A DNA stretch of 64,000 bases from an uncultured Acidobacteriota bacterium (GTDB lineage Bacteria > Acidobacteriota > Terriglobia > Terriglobales > Acidobacteriaceae), in assembly GCA_963786435.1 (NCBI GenBank), contig CAWAZK010000001.1, forward strand, positions 16,021 through 80,020. Direction: 5' to 3'. A program made the translations under genes and the position numbers. This document shows positions 1 through 10,810 of the stretch, one piece after another; position 1 is the stretch's first letter, and each line of letters starts with the position of its first letter. Below the pieces are notes generated by a model, which made no database searches, was not told where the DNA came from, and worked only from the letters and a program-made list of their open reading frames with translations.

Positions 1-557
1 AGGGCACTGGCTTAGGGCTGGCCATGGTATATGGCTTCGTGAAGCAGAGCGGCGGGCATATGGACGTCATCAGTGGAGCCGGACACGGCGCATGCTTCAA
101 TATTTATTTTCCCCAGGTGGTGAGCGTTTCTGTTGCGGAGGAACTGATCTCGAAATCTCCGCCTTCTAAGGGCTGTGAGACGATTCTTGTCATCGAGGAC
201 GAAGAAGCGCTTCGAGAACTGGTTGCCCACATCCTCAAGAGCCGTGGCTATCATGTGCTGCAAGCACCGGACGGCCCGTCGGCAATCGCCCTCAACAGAG
301 AGTATCCATCGCCAATCGACTTGGTGCTTTGTGATGTGATCATGCCAGGACTGTCCGGCCCTGACGTGGTCAAGCAGGTAAGGTTAGATAGGCCAGGGCT
401 GAGGGTTCTCTATGTGACTGGTTATGCGGAGAACGAAATATTGGATTACGGCGGGACGGAATACGCGGCAAGGATCTTGTTGAAACCATATACACCCGAC
501 TCGCTATTCAGGGCCGTCCGGCAGATGCTTGATGATGCTATTAAGCTATGTGCTTAG
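1..557 (+). CDS. Hybrid sensor histidine kinase, C-terminal fragment (end of HATPase_c plus receiver domain); the 5' end lies outside the window
   Basis: From nt 3 the frame reads GTGLGLAMVYGFVKQSGG (G2 box of HATPase_c). A CheY-like receiver follows (ILVIEDEE...DLVLCDVIMPGLSG...LLKPY). Stop at 555-557. Confidence 0.85.
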   Translation, partial: GTGLGLAMVYGFVKQSGGHMDVISGAGHGACFNIYFPQVVSVSVAEELISKSPPSKGCETILVIEDEEALRELVAHILKSRGYHVLQAPDGPSAIALNREYPSPIDLVLCDVIMPGLSGPDVVKQVRLDRPGLRVLYVTGYAENEILDYGGTEYAARILLKPYTPDSLFRAVRQMLDDAIKLCA

Positions 558-761
558 GCTGAGGTAAGAGACTGAATAGGTCCTCCACCACCGCAAGCAG
601 GTTAGGCCGCTCGGCAGTTGGAGGTGATAGTTCTCCCAGCCCATGGCGATCTGCAGAATGCGGTGAAACTGCTTCAGTGTCGTCCGGCTGGAGAGTTCGA
701 TGCGCCTCCAAATAGGAGGTTCGATATCGATCACTGCAACGTGAACGCGATAGATAAGCAT
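546..761 (-). pseudogene. Truncated pRiA4b ORF-3-like (PF07929-type) gene remnant
   Basis: The N-terminus IYRVHVAVIDIEPPIWRRIELSSRTTLKQFHRILQIAMGWENYHL matches my recollection of the family signature (PPIWRR...QxAMGW..xHL). Family-like sequence stops after about 45 aa, and the ORF runs into the 3' end of the kinase gene. Confidence 0.55.
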
Positions 762-773
762 GTCTGCCTTCTC

Positions 774-1094
774 CTATTCCGATTGTCCCGCGTCTTGGAA
801 CTGCGAAAGCCTCTCCGGTGCGCCCGCCGGCGACGCCTGCTCTTTGGCTTCATCTGCATTCCCAAAGACCTCTTCGTGGATGATGCGCTCTGTCGCCTCG
901 TTCAGGTATTCGTCAAGGGCATCCTTGATCTGCAGAAACTCCGGCCAGAGGGTATTGTTGATGAACGATTTTGGAGCGCGCAGAACCACGCTGGAATACC
1001 GCTGACGCGGATAGCGGTAGGGCTTTATCCCATAGCGGCGGCACAAGGCGAGGAACAGTCGTCGGTGCCAGCGGTCGCTGAGCCGGAACTGCAT
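774..1094 (-). CDS. Conserved hypothetical protein, upstream partner of the pRiA4_ORF3-like remnant
   Basis: 106-aa ORF (MQFRLSDRWHRRLFLALCRRYGIKPYRYPRQR...) ending 13 nt before the remnant on the same strand. No domain recognised. Confidence 0.45.
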   Translation of the reverse strand: MQFRLSDRWHRRLFLALCRRYGIKPYRYPRQRYSSVVLRAPKSFINNTLWPEFLQIKDALDEYLNEATERIIHEEVFGNADEAKEQASPAGAPERLSQFQDAGQSE

Positions 1095-1301
1095 TTCGAT
1101 GTCTGTTCCGTCTCCTCGGCGGCGGCAAGGGCAGCCCGAATACGGGCGATGGCGGCCGCAGCCGCGTCACGCTCTCCGGCAGTGGTAGCTCCCTCGACCT
1201 GAATTCCGGCTTCGCAAACAAGTTGCGCAACTAGGATTTCAGGTCGCCCCGCAGAGAACAGTTAATGTTCCTTGGGAGTTGACAGCTCTTTTCCGCCAAA
1301 C

Positions 1302-3593
<2,292 letters not shown>

Positions 3594-4209
3594 CTATAAC
3601 CCATCCTGGTTTTCCATTCGCGCAATCGCCGTCGGACGCGCCTTTCATCCGGTAGCCAAACGCCTACGACACTCAACCGGAAGCGTGGCGCGGAGCGCCT
3701 TTCGTGCACAGTCCAGGAAAATGAGTTCGCATTCGCGAAGAATCCGCTCACCGAGCCCGAGACAGGGCGGATGCAACAACAAGGAGGTTAGTCCCGGCGG
3801 CCAAATCAGACCGTGATGGGGATCACATGAAGTTGTTTCACGCGATCCTTTCAGATCGCATCTCTGACGCGGCTGCGCAGGTCCAGCGGATTGCTGCTGG
3901 AGCGGTCAAAGGACGAGATTACCCAATCGTCGGCTACTCTTCCCTTACCGGATCGGAGAAGTGTTGCCCGTAATCCATCCACAACCCGACCAGTCCGGGC
4001 CACATTCGCACCTTGCCTTAAGGGCCGGGAAAGACCAGAACATCTAAAGTGGGTTTGGCATCGAAGTTTGCCCCGGTTATCGGTTCAGCACATCATCATC
4101 ATGCTGCAGGAGGAGCGCGGCTCGCGCGCGAGATGCTTGTGCGGGTTGTGAATTATACTTCCTCGGTGAGGAGCGGGGGTTAACGCGGGAGCGCGAGAAT
4201 CGAGAAGAG

Positions 4210-4446
4210 ATGAAGCTGGAGGTTGTGTGTTACGCGGGAAGCAAGGCAGACGAGAGGCCTGTCCGTTTCCGACTGGACGGACATGAGTATCTGGTCGAAG
4301 AGATCCTCGATCAGTGGTATGGACCCGATAAGGCCTTTTTCAAGGTTCGTGCGGATGGGAACCTTTATATCCTCAGCAGACAGACCTCGATGCCTGACGG
4401 GCCTTGGGATCTCGTATCATTCCGGCAATTGCCGGAACAGCGCTAA
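4210..4446 (+). CDS. Small conserved hypothetical protein (78 aa)
   Basis: ATG-initiated [43 protein letters not shown]..., ending 32 nt before the threonine aldolase start. No known domain recognised. Confidence 0.45.
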   Translation: MKLEVVCYAGSKADERPVRFRLDGHEYLVEEILDQWYGPDKAFFKVRADGNLYILSRQTSMPDGPWDLVSFRQLPEQR

Positions 4447-4478
4447 CCGGTCTCTGTACGGCGTTTTTGGGAGCACTT

Positions 4479-5531
4479 ATGAGCCCTTCATGGATTGATC
4501 TTCGCAGTGATACCGTGACCCTGCCCAGCGACGAAATGCGCCGTGCCATGGCCTCCGCTGAAGTCGGCGATGACGTCTATGGAGAGGATCCCACCATCAA
4601 TCGCCTGGAAGCACGCGCCGCCGAAATCTTCGGCCGAGAAGCAGCAATCTTCGTTCCCTCCGGAACCATGGGCAACCAGATCGCCATAAAGCTGCACACC
4701 CGTCCCGGCCAGGAGATACTCTGCGAGGAGCGCAGCCACATATTCAACTATGAGATGGCAATGCTGAGCTGGTTCAGCGGCTGCATCGCGCGCCCCATCA
4801 GCGCCCCGCACGGAATTCTCTCGTGGGGGCTGCTCGCCCCGAAGATTGCGCCGTCAACGTATTACGTCGCGCAGACCGGCCTCATCAGCCTGGAGAACAC
4901 CCATAATATGGCCGGCGGAACCATCACGCCCATCAGCGCGATGGAGGAAATTTGCGCCCGCGCTCATGAGCGAAACATCCCCGTGCACCTGGATGGCGCA
5001 CGCATCTTCAACGCCGCAGCTTATCTCGGCAAGCCGGTCGCCGAGCTCACCCGCAGCTTTGACTCTGTAATGTTCTGCCTCTCTAAAGGCTTGGGCGCAC
5101 CAGTTGGCTCCCTTCTCGTCGGCAGCAAGGACTTCATTCAGCACGCACGCCCGGTACGCAAGGCACTCGGAGGCGGTATGCGCCAGGCAGGGATACTCGC
5201 CGCCGCCGGTCTCATTGCGCTTGAGCAAGGCCCCGCCCGCCTACACGAAGACCACGCCACCGCCCGCGTGATCGCCGAAGGAGTGGCCACCATCCCTGGC
5301 CTTAAGATTGACCTGGCCACCGTGCAGACTAACATCGTTATCTTCGACGTAAGCGGCACGGGGAAAACTTCCACCGAAATCGCAGCTGCTCTCAAATCCC
5401 ACGGAGTCCTCGCGGGAACCGTGAATCCACAGATGATCCGCTTCGTTACTCACCTCAACGTCTCACGCACAAACTGCGAGCACGCTCTGCACAGCCTTCG
5501 TATGGTCTGCGCTCCGCCTGTCGGCGTCTGA
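4479..5531 (+). CDS. ltaE: Low-specificity L-threonine aldolase (beta-hydroxy-amino-acid aldolase, PLP-dependent)
   Basis: [19 protein letters not shown]...[15 protein letters not shown]...[10 protein letters not shown] is typical of the LtaE / Beta_elim_lyase family. I chose the ATG at 4479 ([11 protein letters not shown]) over the upstream extension of the 4404 ORF. Confidence 0.9.
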   Translation: MSPSWIDLRSDTVTLPSDEMRRAMASAEVGDDVYGEDPTINRLEARAAEIFGREAAIFVPSGTMGNQIAIKLHTRPGQEILCEERSHIFNYEMAMLSWFSGCIARPISAPHGILSWGLLAPKIAPSTYYVAQTGLISLENTHNMAGGTITPISAMEEICARAHERNIPVHLDGARIFNAAAYLGKPVAELTRSFDSVMFCLSKGLGAPVGSLLVGSKDFIQHARPVRKALGGGMRQAGILAAAGLIALEQGPARLHEDHATARVIAEGVATIPGLKIDLATVQTNIVIFDVSGTGKTSTEIAAALKSHGVLAGTVNPQMIRFVTHLNVSRTNCEHALHSLRMVCAPPVGV

Positions 5532-5554
5532 CCAGACGCGCGCCTCAAAACCGT

Positions 5555-6280
5555 CTAGTGCGCTTTCAATCCTTCGGAGCGGCCGATGTCAATCAAGAAG
5601 TCGCGATAATGAACGTCGGCGCTGCACCCATTGACTACGAGGGCGGCACTGTATTGCTTGGCGGATGTAACCCGATGCAACAGCCAGGTCTTTTCTCCAT
5701 CGTCCAGCAGCCTGGAGTACTCATCGGCCAACCCCAATTCGATATTCTTTAAGTTAAACGCTAATCCTTTTCCGTTCGCTTTGAGATACGCTTCTTTGCA
5801 GGTCCAGATTGTAAAAAACAAGCGCGTACGCGCCAGCTCCGGTAACACACTGAATTTCGCAAACTCGCGCTTCGAGAGTACGATTGCGGCGACCTCCGAA
5901 TTGACGAAACGCGAATCAATCTGCTCGACATCGATGCCGATTTGGCGCCGCGCCACAGCGTACAGAGCCAACGCACCGGAATGTGAAAGATTGAATTCTA
6001 CTGTCGAATCGTTGCAACTAAGCTGGGGTTTACCGGACGGCGAGTTCCGCAGTTGTAACTCGTGCGACTCCGCCGGCACATAGCATGAGAGAATCCGTCT
6101 CAGAATGCCACGCGATGCTACAAACAGATTACGATGGCGGACGAAACGGAATTGGCATGCATGATCCATTTCATCTTTGGATAGTGCCGCACCCAAAGCC
6201 CGGAGCTCGCCCGAAGTCACATCCAGATTCGCGTGCCAGACATCTACTTGATCCGGTTTGAGTTTCAACTTATTGAGCAC
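5555..6280 (-). CDS. Sfp-type 4'-phosphopantetheinyl transferase
   Basis: 241 aa with GKPQL, FNLSHSG, GIDVE and WTCKEAYLKANG motifs characteristic of Sfp/EntD PPTases. It lies 19 nt downstream of the P450 gene. Confidence 0.85.
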   Translation of the reverse strand: MLNKLKLKPDQVDVWHANLDVTSGELRALGAALSKDEMDHACQFRFVRHRNLFVASRGILRRILSCYVPAESHELQLRNSPSGKPQLSCNDSTVEFNLSHSGALALYAVARRQIGIDVEQIDSRFVNSEVAAIVLSKREFAKFSVLPELARTRLFFTIWTCKEAYLKANGKGLAFNLKNIELGLADEYSRLLDDGEKTWLLHRVTSAKQYSAALVVNGCSADVHYRDFLIDIGRSEGLKAH

Positions 6281-6299
6281 AGCAAAAAATCGTTCTCCC

Positions 6300-7571
6300 C
6301 TACGCGGCTTTTGACTCCTGTGAAGCCTGAAAAGTTATAGGCAGCCGTAGTAGACCGCGTAAGCCAAGGTTCGAACGCCATTCGCATGGGCCGGGTTCGA
6401 GCTTTAAGTTGTCCAGTCGCCGCAACATGGTTTCAAACGCCACTTGGCCCTCGATGCGCGCCAGCGCTGCGCCAAAACAAAAATGCGCGGCCCAGCCAAA
6501 TGCAAGATGGCGGTTGTCCTTACGGGTGATGTCAAGCCGGTCGGGATCAGGGAAGACTTCAGGATCACGGTTCCCGGCTGCCATCACCGCAATTACCGCC
6601 TGACGCTTGCGAATGCTTTTCCCACCCAATTCCACATCAGCCGGAGCGAGGCGACCCGTGTGTTGGCTTGGACTCTGATAACGCAACAGTTCCTCGACTG
6701 CGGATGGAATAAGTGTCAAATCCTCCCGCAGCCTCTGGAGTTCAGTGGGATTTTGCAGAAGGCTGAGAAGGCCATTGCCAATCAGGTTGGTTGTGGTCTC
6801 CTGACCTCCAACCATGGTGACGATGGCGTTTGCGACAACCTCTTCCTCGGTCAATCTGTCTCCATTGATTTCCGCCGTCATGAGCGAATGCACGAGGCCT
6901 TCCCTGGGATGGACTCGCAGTTCTCGGATCGCCGATTTGAAATAAGCGGTCAAGTCTTCCACCGTACGCAGCACTGTCGGCACGCGGTCTGGATTATGCT
7001 GAAAATTTCCGAGCATCTCCGCAAAGATGGCCGACCAATCTTTGAGTTGCTCATGATCGCTTACGGGAACGCCTAGCATTTCAGCGGTTACGATTGCGGG
7101 TAGGGGCGCAGCGAGATCGGCGATCACATCCATCTTCCCGCGAGCCGCTACCGCATCGATAAGCTTATTGCAGATCTCCTGGATGTGAGAGCGGAGAACG
7201 GCGACCCTGTTTGGATTAAAGGCATACGACGCCAGAGCCCGCAGACGCGTATGTGCGGGCGCGTCCATGAAGAGCATCTGTTTCACCATTACAGCCGCGA
7301 TTGGACTGAGCTTCGATAGGCCCATGCTCTCCAGTTGCTCCGGCGTAGGAGTCCGATCAGCCGAAAACCGTAAGAGCACGGTGACGACGTCGGAGTACCG
7401 CGTTACGACCCAAGCGTGTAAATAGGGGTCCCAATGCACAGGATCTTCGGTCCGAAGCCGGCGGTATAGTGGATAAGGGTTGGCAAGTACTTCCGGGTCC
7501 AGCAGATGGTACAAACTAAGCGGGGATACAGGCGTGCGGCTCATTGCAGCGCGTTCAGTTGTAGAAGACAT
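6300..7571 (-). CDS. Cytochrome P450 monooxygenase
   Basis: I-helix GGQETT, ExxR (EELLRY) and heme loop FGWAAHFCFGAALAR. Start set to the ATG at 7571 (MSSTTERAAM...), because the longer 7751 ORF overlaps the upstream A-PCP gene. Confidence 0.9.
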   Translation of the reverse strand: MSSTTERAAMSRTPVSPLSLYHLLDPEVLANPYPLYRRLRTEDPVHWDPYLHAWVVTRYSDVVTVLLRFSADRTPTPEQLESMGLSKLSPIAAVMVKQMLFMDAPAHTRLRALASYAFNPNRVAVLRSHIQEICNKLIDAVAARGKMDVIADLAAPLPAIVTAEMLGVPVSDHEQLKDWSAIFAEMLGNFQHNPDRVPTVLRTVEDLTAYFKSAIRELRVHPREGLVHSLMTAEINGDRLTEEEVVANAIVTMVGGQETTTNLIGNGLLSLLQNPTELQRLREDLTLIPSAVEELLRYQSPSQHTGRLAPADVELGGKSIRKRQAVIAVMAAGNRDPEVFPDPDRLDITRKDNRHLAFGWAAHFCFGAALARIEGQVAFETMLRRLDNLKLEPGPCEWRSNLGLRGLLRLPITFQASQESKAA

Positions 7572-7623
7572 GGCGATTATGGCTACTCCACTCGGTTGAA
7601 AGATGAATTGAATGTCGCAGCAC

Positions 7624-9522
7624 TCAGGCAACTCGCCGAAATGAAGTAGGCGAGTCCTCTTCAGGAGTTGGCAGTTCGCAAACGTCGAATGCCGCCTCGG
7701 TCTGAGCCTGCTCAATCGCCGTTGCGAGTCCTCGAATCGTAGGCTGCTCAAACAGCGTGCGCAATAAAATGTTTACCTGGAACCTGTCCCGCACCCGTGC
7801 AATCAACTGTGTGCCAAGCAGTGAATGCCCTCCGAGCAGGAAGAAGTCATCGTCAGGGCCCACGTCGGAGACTTGCAACAGCTCGGAAATAATCTCGGCC
7901 ACACTGGTCTCAAGCACCGAACACGGAGCTTCGAATGTGTCGTGCAGTGTGTTCTCCGGGGTCGGAGGTGGTAAAGCGGCTGCATCCAGTTTCCCGTTAA
8001 TAGTGAGTGGAAGAGCTTCGAGCACAACGAACTGGGACGGAACCATATACTCGGGCAAGCGTGCGAGTAGAAATTCTTGCAGTTGGCTCCGAGCGATCTC
8101 CTCATTCGTTACGATATAGCCGACCAGACGCTTATTTTCAGCGTCCCCATCAGCAACCACGGCACTGGCCGAGATTGTCTGGTACGCATTCATCGCAGCC
8201 GCGATTTCGCCGGGTTCGATTCTGTACCCGCGAATTTTGATCTGGTCATCGATGCGGCCGAGGAATGCAATCTGGCCGTTCGGCAAACGCCTACCCAGAT
8301 CACCCGTCCTGTATAACCTTGACCCAGCCATGAACGGATTAGGAATAAACCGCTCCGATGTGAGATCCGGGCGATTGCGATAACCGCGGGCAACATTCAC
8401 ACCGCCCACGTAAATTTCACCATCCTCACCGTCGGTCACCGGTTGCAGGTTTGCTGTCAAAAGGTGAACCTGCGAGTTGTCGATTGGCATTCCAATTGGC
8501 GGTAGACCCGGCTGGTTCGACCCGGCTGGAATGATTGTCCAGGTGGAAACCACCGTACACTCAGTCGGGCCGTAGTTGTTTACTACGGTAAATGGTAATC
8601 CGTGTGGAGGGTACGTGTGCAGTGTGTCGCCACCCGTGAGCAGCATCCGCAGCTTCGTCGATTCCGGCCATCCCAGGTTGAACATGCGCTCCGCCATGGG
8701 AGTCGGGACAAAGCTTATCGTTACACCATTTGCCAGCAGCCATGAGTGAAGCTGTTCGGGACTGTTTAGCGTATCCGGATCGGCAAGCCGCAGGCTGGCT
8801 CCAACCGCGAGGTAGGGCCAAGTCTCCCACACAGTGGCATCAAAGCCAAGGCCTGCCAAGTGGCTGGCACGATCCGCACTGCTAACCTGGAAGACGCGGT
8901 TGTGCCATGAGACCAAGTTCGCGAGACTGGCGTGAGTGATCTCTACCCCTTTTGGCACCCCAGTCGATCCGGATGTATAAATCACATACGCCAGTCCGTC
9001 CGGCCGCAATGCCACATCTGGAGCCTGCTCCTTTCCCTTGAGTGCGGTTAACTTGGCCGATTCTGCATCGATATTCAACACCGGACAACACGCCGGGCTC
9101 GCATACTCTGCCGAAGCAGAGTCAGTGATCACAACCTTTGCGCCCGAGTCCTTAACCATGAACAAAAGCCGTTCGCATGGGTTCGAAGGGTCCAGTGGTA
9201 AGTATGCGGCGCCTGCCTTCATTGCGGCCAAAGCACTTATGATCACCCAAGGCGATCGCGTCATCCACAGCGCAACGACGTTCTCCGGGCCTACTTGCAT
9301 GGCAAGGAGACGCTGAGCCAGACTGTTCGAAAGGGAATCCAGTTCTCCATAGCTCAGCGTATCTTCGGCGGAGATTACGGCAGCGGCATCGGGCCGCTCG
9401 GAAGCCATAGCCGAAATCATCGAACACACATGATTGTCGTCACCGACCATGAAGTCAGCAACAGTATTGCTATTAGTTTCCAAGTAGAACGAATGTTGCT
9501 CGTCGATTCGCATTTCTTCCAC
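7624..9522 (-). CDS. Stand-alone NRPS-like adenylation-thiolation (A-PCP) didomain protein with no C, TE or R domain
   Basis: Core motifs LSYGELD, AYVIYTSGSTGVPKGV, FDATVWE, NNYGPTE, YRTGDLG, GRIDDQIKIRGYRIEPGEI and NGKLD, then the PCP motif FFLLGGHSLLG. A GTG start at 9522 sits 7 nt after an AAGGTG Shine-Dalgarno; an alternative ATG is at 9513. Confidence 0.93.
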   Translation of the reverse strand: MEEMRIDEQHSFYLETNSNTVADFMVGDDNHVCSMISAMASERPDAAAVISAEDTLSYGELDSLSNSLAQRLLAMQVGPENVVALWMTRSPWVIISALAAMKAGAAYLPLDPSNPCERLLFMVKDSGAKVVITDSASAEYASPACCPVLNIDAESAKLTALKGKEQAPDVALRPDGLAYVIYTSGSTGVPKGVEITHASLANLVSWHNRVFQVSSADRASHLAGLGFDATVWETWPYLAVGASLRLADPDTLNSPEQLHSWLLANGVTISFVPTPMAERMFNLGWPESTKLRMLLTGGDTLHTYPPHGLPFTVVNNYGPTECTVVSTWTIIPAGSNQPGLPPIGMPIDNSQVHLLTANLQPVTDGEDGEIYVGGVNVARGYRNRPDLTSERFIPNPFMAGSRLYRTGDLGRRLPNGQIAFLGRIDDQIKIRGYRIEPGEIAAAMNAYQTISASAVVADGDAENKRLVGYIVTNEEIARSQLQEFLLARLPEYMVPSQFVVLEALPLTINGKLDAAALPPPTPENTLHDTFEAPCSVLETSVAEIISELLQVSDVGPDDDFFLLGGHSLLGTQLIARVRDRFQVNILLRTLFEQPTIRGLATAIEQAQTEAAFDVCELPTPEEDSPTSFRRVA

Positions 9523-9559
9523 TTTGATTCACCTTGATTTCATCGGAAAGTCGATCAGA

Positions 9560-10741
9560 TTACAGGGTCATATCCCCATCGTAGAGTGTTGGACACCAGG
9601 CTTGTGCGTCGCCAAGGGCCTTCGACAATGCCGGGTCACGTGCCTTATACAAAGAGGTTGAGTGCTGAGGGCGCGGACGGCGATAGGGAGCCAACCCGCT
9701 CATGTCCGTCCCGCTCGCACTGATACCCATTGTCACCAGCAGGTGACTGCAGGATCGCAGGCACTGTTCCCGGGCTTTCCGGAGCATCGCATAGAACACA
9801 CCATCGTCGCGATCGAGAGATTGAAAATCTGCCAAGATCATCTGCCGAGTGCGACCTTTCGGCTTATCAAAGCGCTGCAGCAAGAAAATTGCATATGCCC
9901 GCAGACATCCGCCCTGGCTGAAAGTTGCAATCCAAATCCTCCGTTGATGCAACGCGAAATGAAAGCGCCACTTCAGAGTCGCTAGCGAGCGCACTGCTAG
10001 AAGCCTGTAAGGATATCGGGCGCGGAGATCATTCCAGAAGGTATCGAACCGGCTGTCAAAGTCTGTGCTGATTTGAATACAGTCTTCCTGCCGCACGTTA
10101 ATTCGAAGCAGCATTCGATTCCAGGCGTCCTTCGTCGTGAGCGCGACGGCCGCTGGGTATGCCAGCAACTCAGAGGCAGGCAGTTTTTTGTATTGCAGCC
10201 ATTCGGCGATGAACTCCCGGCGCCTGGTAATCCAAAAAGATTTTTGATCCCATGCACCCAGCGGAACGGGTCTTATTCCGAGTTCGGCGTGTATCTGGAA
10301 GCCATCGGAATTGGTCTGATACCCTGACACGACATCCGGCAATCTCTGATTCCAGTACTGCTCGGCAAGAAAAGGCGCATATCCGCGATAATGTGGCTCC
10401 AGGACAAACCCATACCCATTGCTAACCAGAAGCTGTTGCTCTTCAAATTCATAAAGAAGAGGCAGATCGCCTATGTGCCCAACAATTCGGCCCTCGGCTT
10501 CAAGTACCCAGCCTCGTGGAAGATTCTCACCGAAGCGTAGGTAAGCAGGATTGTTTATCCAGAGATGACGCCATTGTTCGTAGCTCCAAATCGACGGAGG
10601 AAATCCGTGCACCGCTGTGATCGCGGCAATTTGGGGATAATCTCCGACAGCAATTGCGCGTAACTTCGGAGAGTGAGTTGCACGGGACGGTCTGATATCC
10701 GAAGTTGTTTTCGGACTCACACTATGGATCGGCTGAGGCAT
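9560..10741 (-). CDS. Two-domain GNAT-fold acyltransferase-like protein (function unknown)
   Basis: 393 aa. The N-terminal half has a GNAT motif-A-like stretch (GYGFVLEPHYRGYAPFL). Length and layout resemble double-GNAT proteins found in exopolysaccharide loci, an assignment made from memory. Confidence 0.5.
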   Translation of the reverse strand: MPQPIHSVSPKTTSDIRPSRATHSPKLRAIAVGDYPQIAAITAVHGFPPSIWSYEQWRHLWINNPAYLRFGENLPRGWVLEAEGRIVGHIGDLPLLYEFEEQQLLVSNGYGFVLEPHYRGYAPFLAEQYWNQRLPDVVSGYQTNSDGFQIHAELGIRPVPLGAWDQKSFWITRRREFIAEWLQYKKLPASELLAYPAAVALTTKDAWNRMLLRINVRQEDCIQISTDFDSRFDTFWNDLRARYPYRLLAVRSLATLKWRFHFALHQRRIWIATFSQGGCLRAYAIFLLQRFDKPKGRTRQMILADFQSLDRDDGVFYAMLRKAREQCLRSCSHLLVTMGISASGTDMSGLAPYRRPRPQHSTSLYKARDPALSKALGDAQAWCPTLYDGDMTL

Positions 10742-10810
10742 CTCGCTCCCGCTATATACGACATCCGATGCACTCCCAAGTTGGAAAGTTGCGGCTCTTA
10801 TATCCGGAGC

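Noticed and set aside
3985-4040. RNase P RNA-like string (AGTCCGGGC ... GGGCCGGGAAAGACC) in the katG upstream gap
   Set aside because: There is only a short partial resemblance to the GAGGAAAGTCCGGGC box. No flanking P4 or other conserved elements were found on either strand.
7572-7751. Upstream extension of the P450 ORF (start at 7751)
   Set aside because: It overlaps the 3' end of the A-PCP gene, and the extension has no P450-like sequence. The ATG at 7571 leaves a 52-nt intergenic gap.
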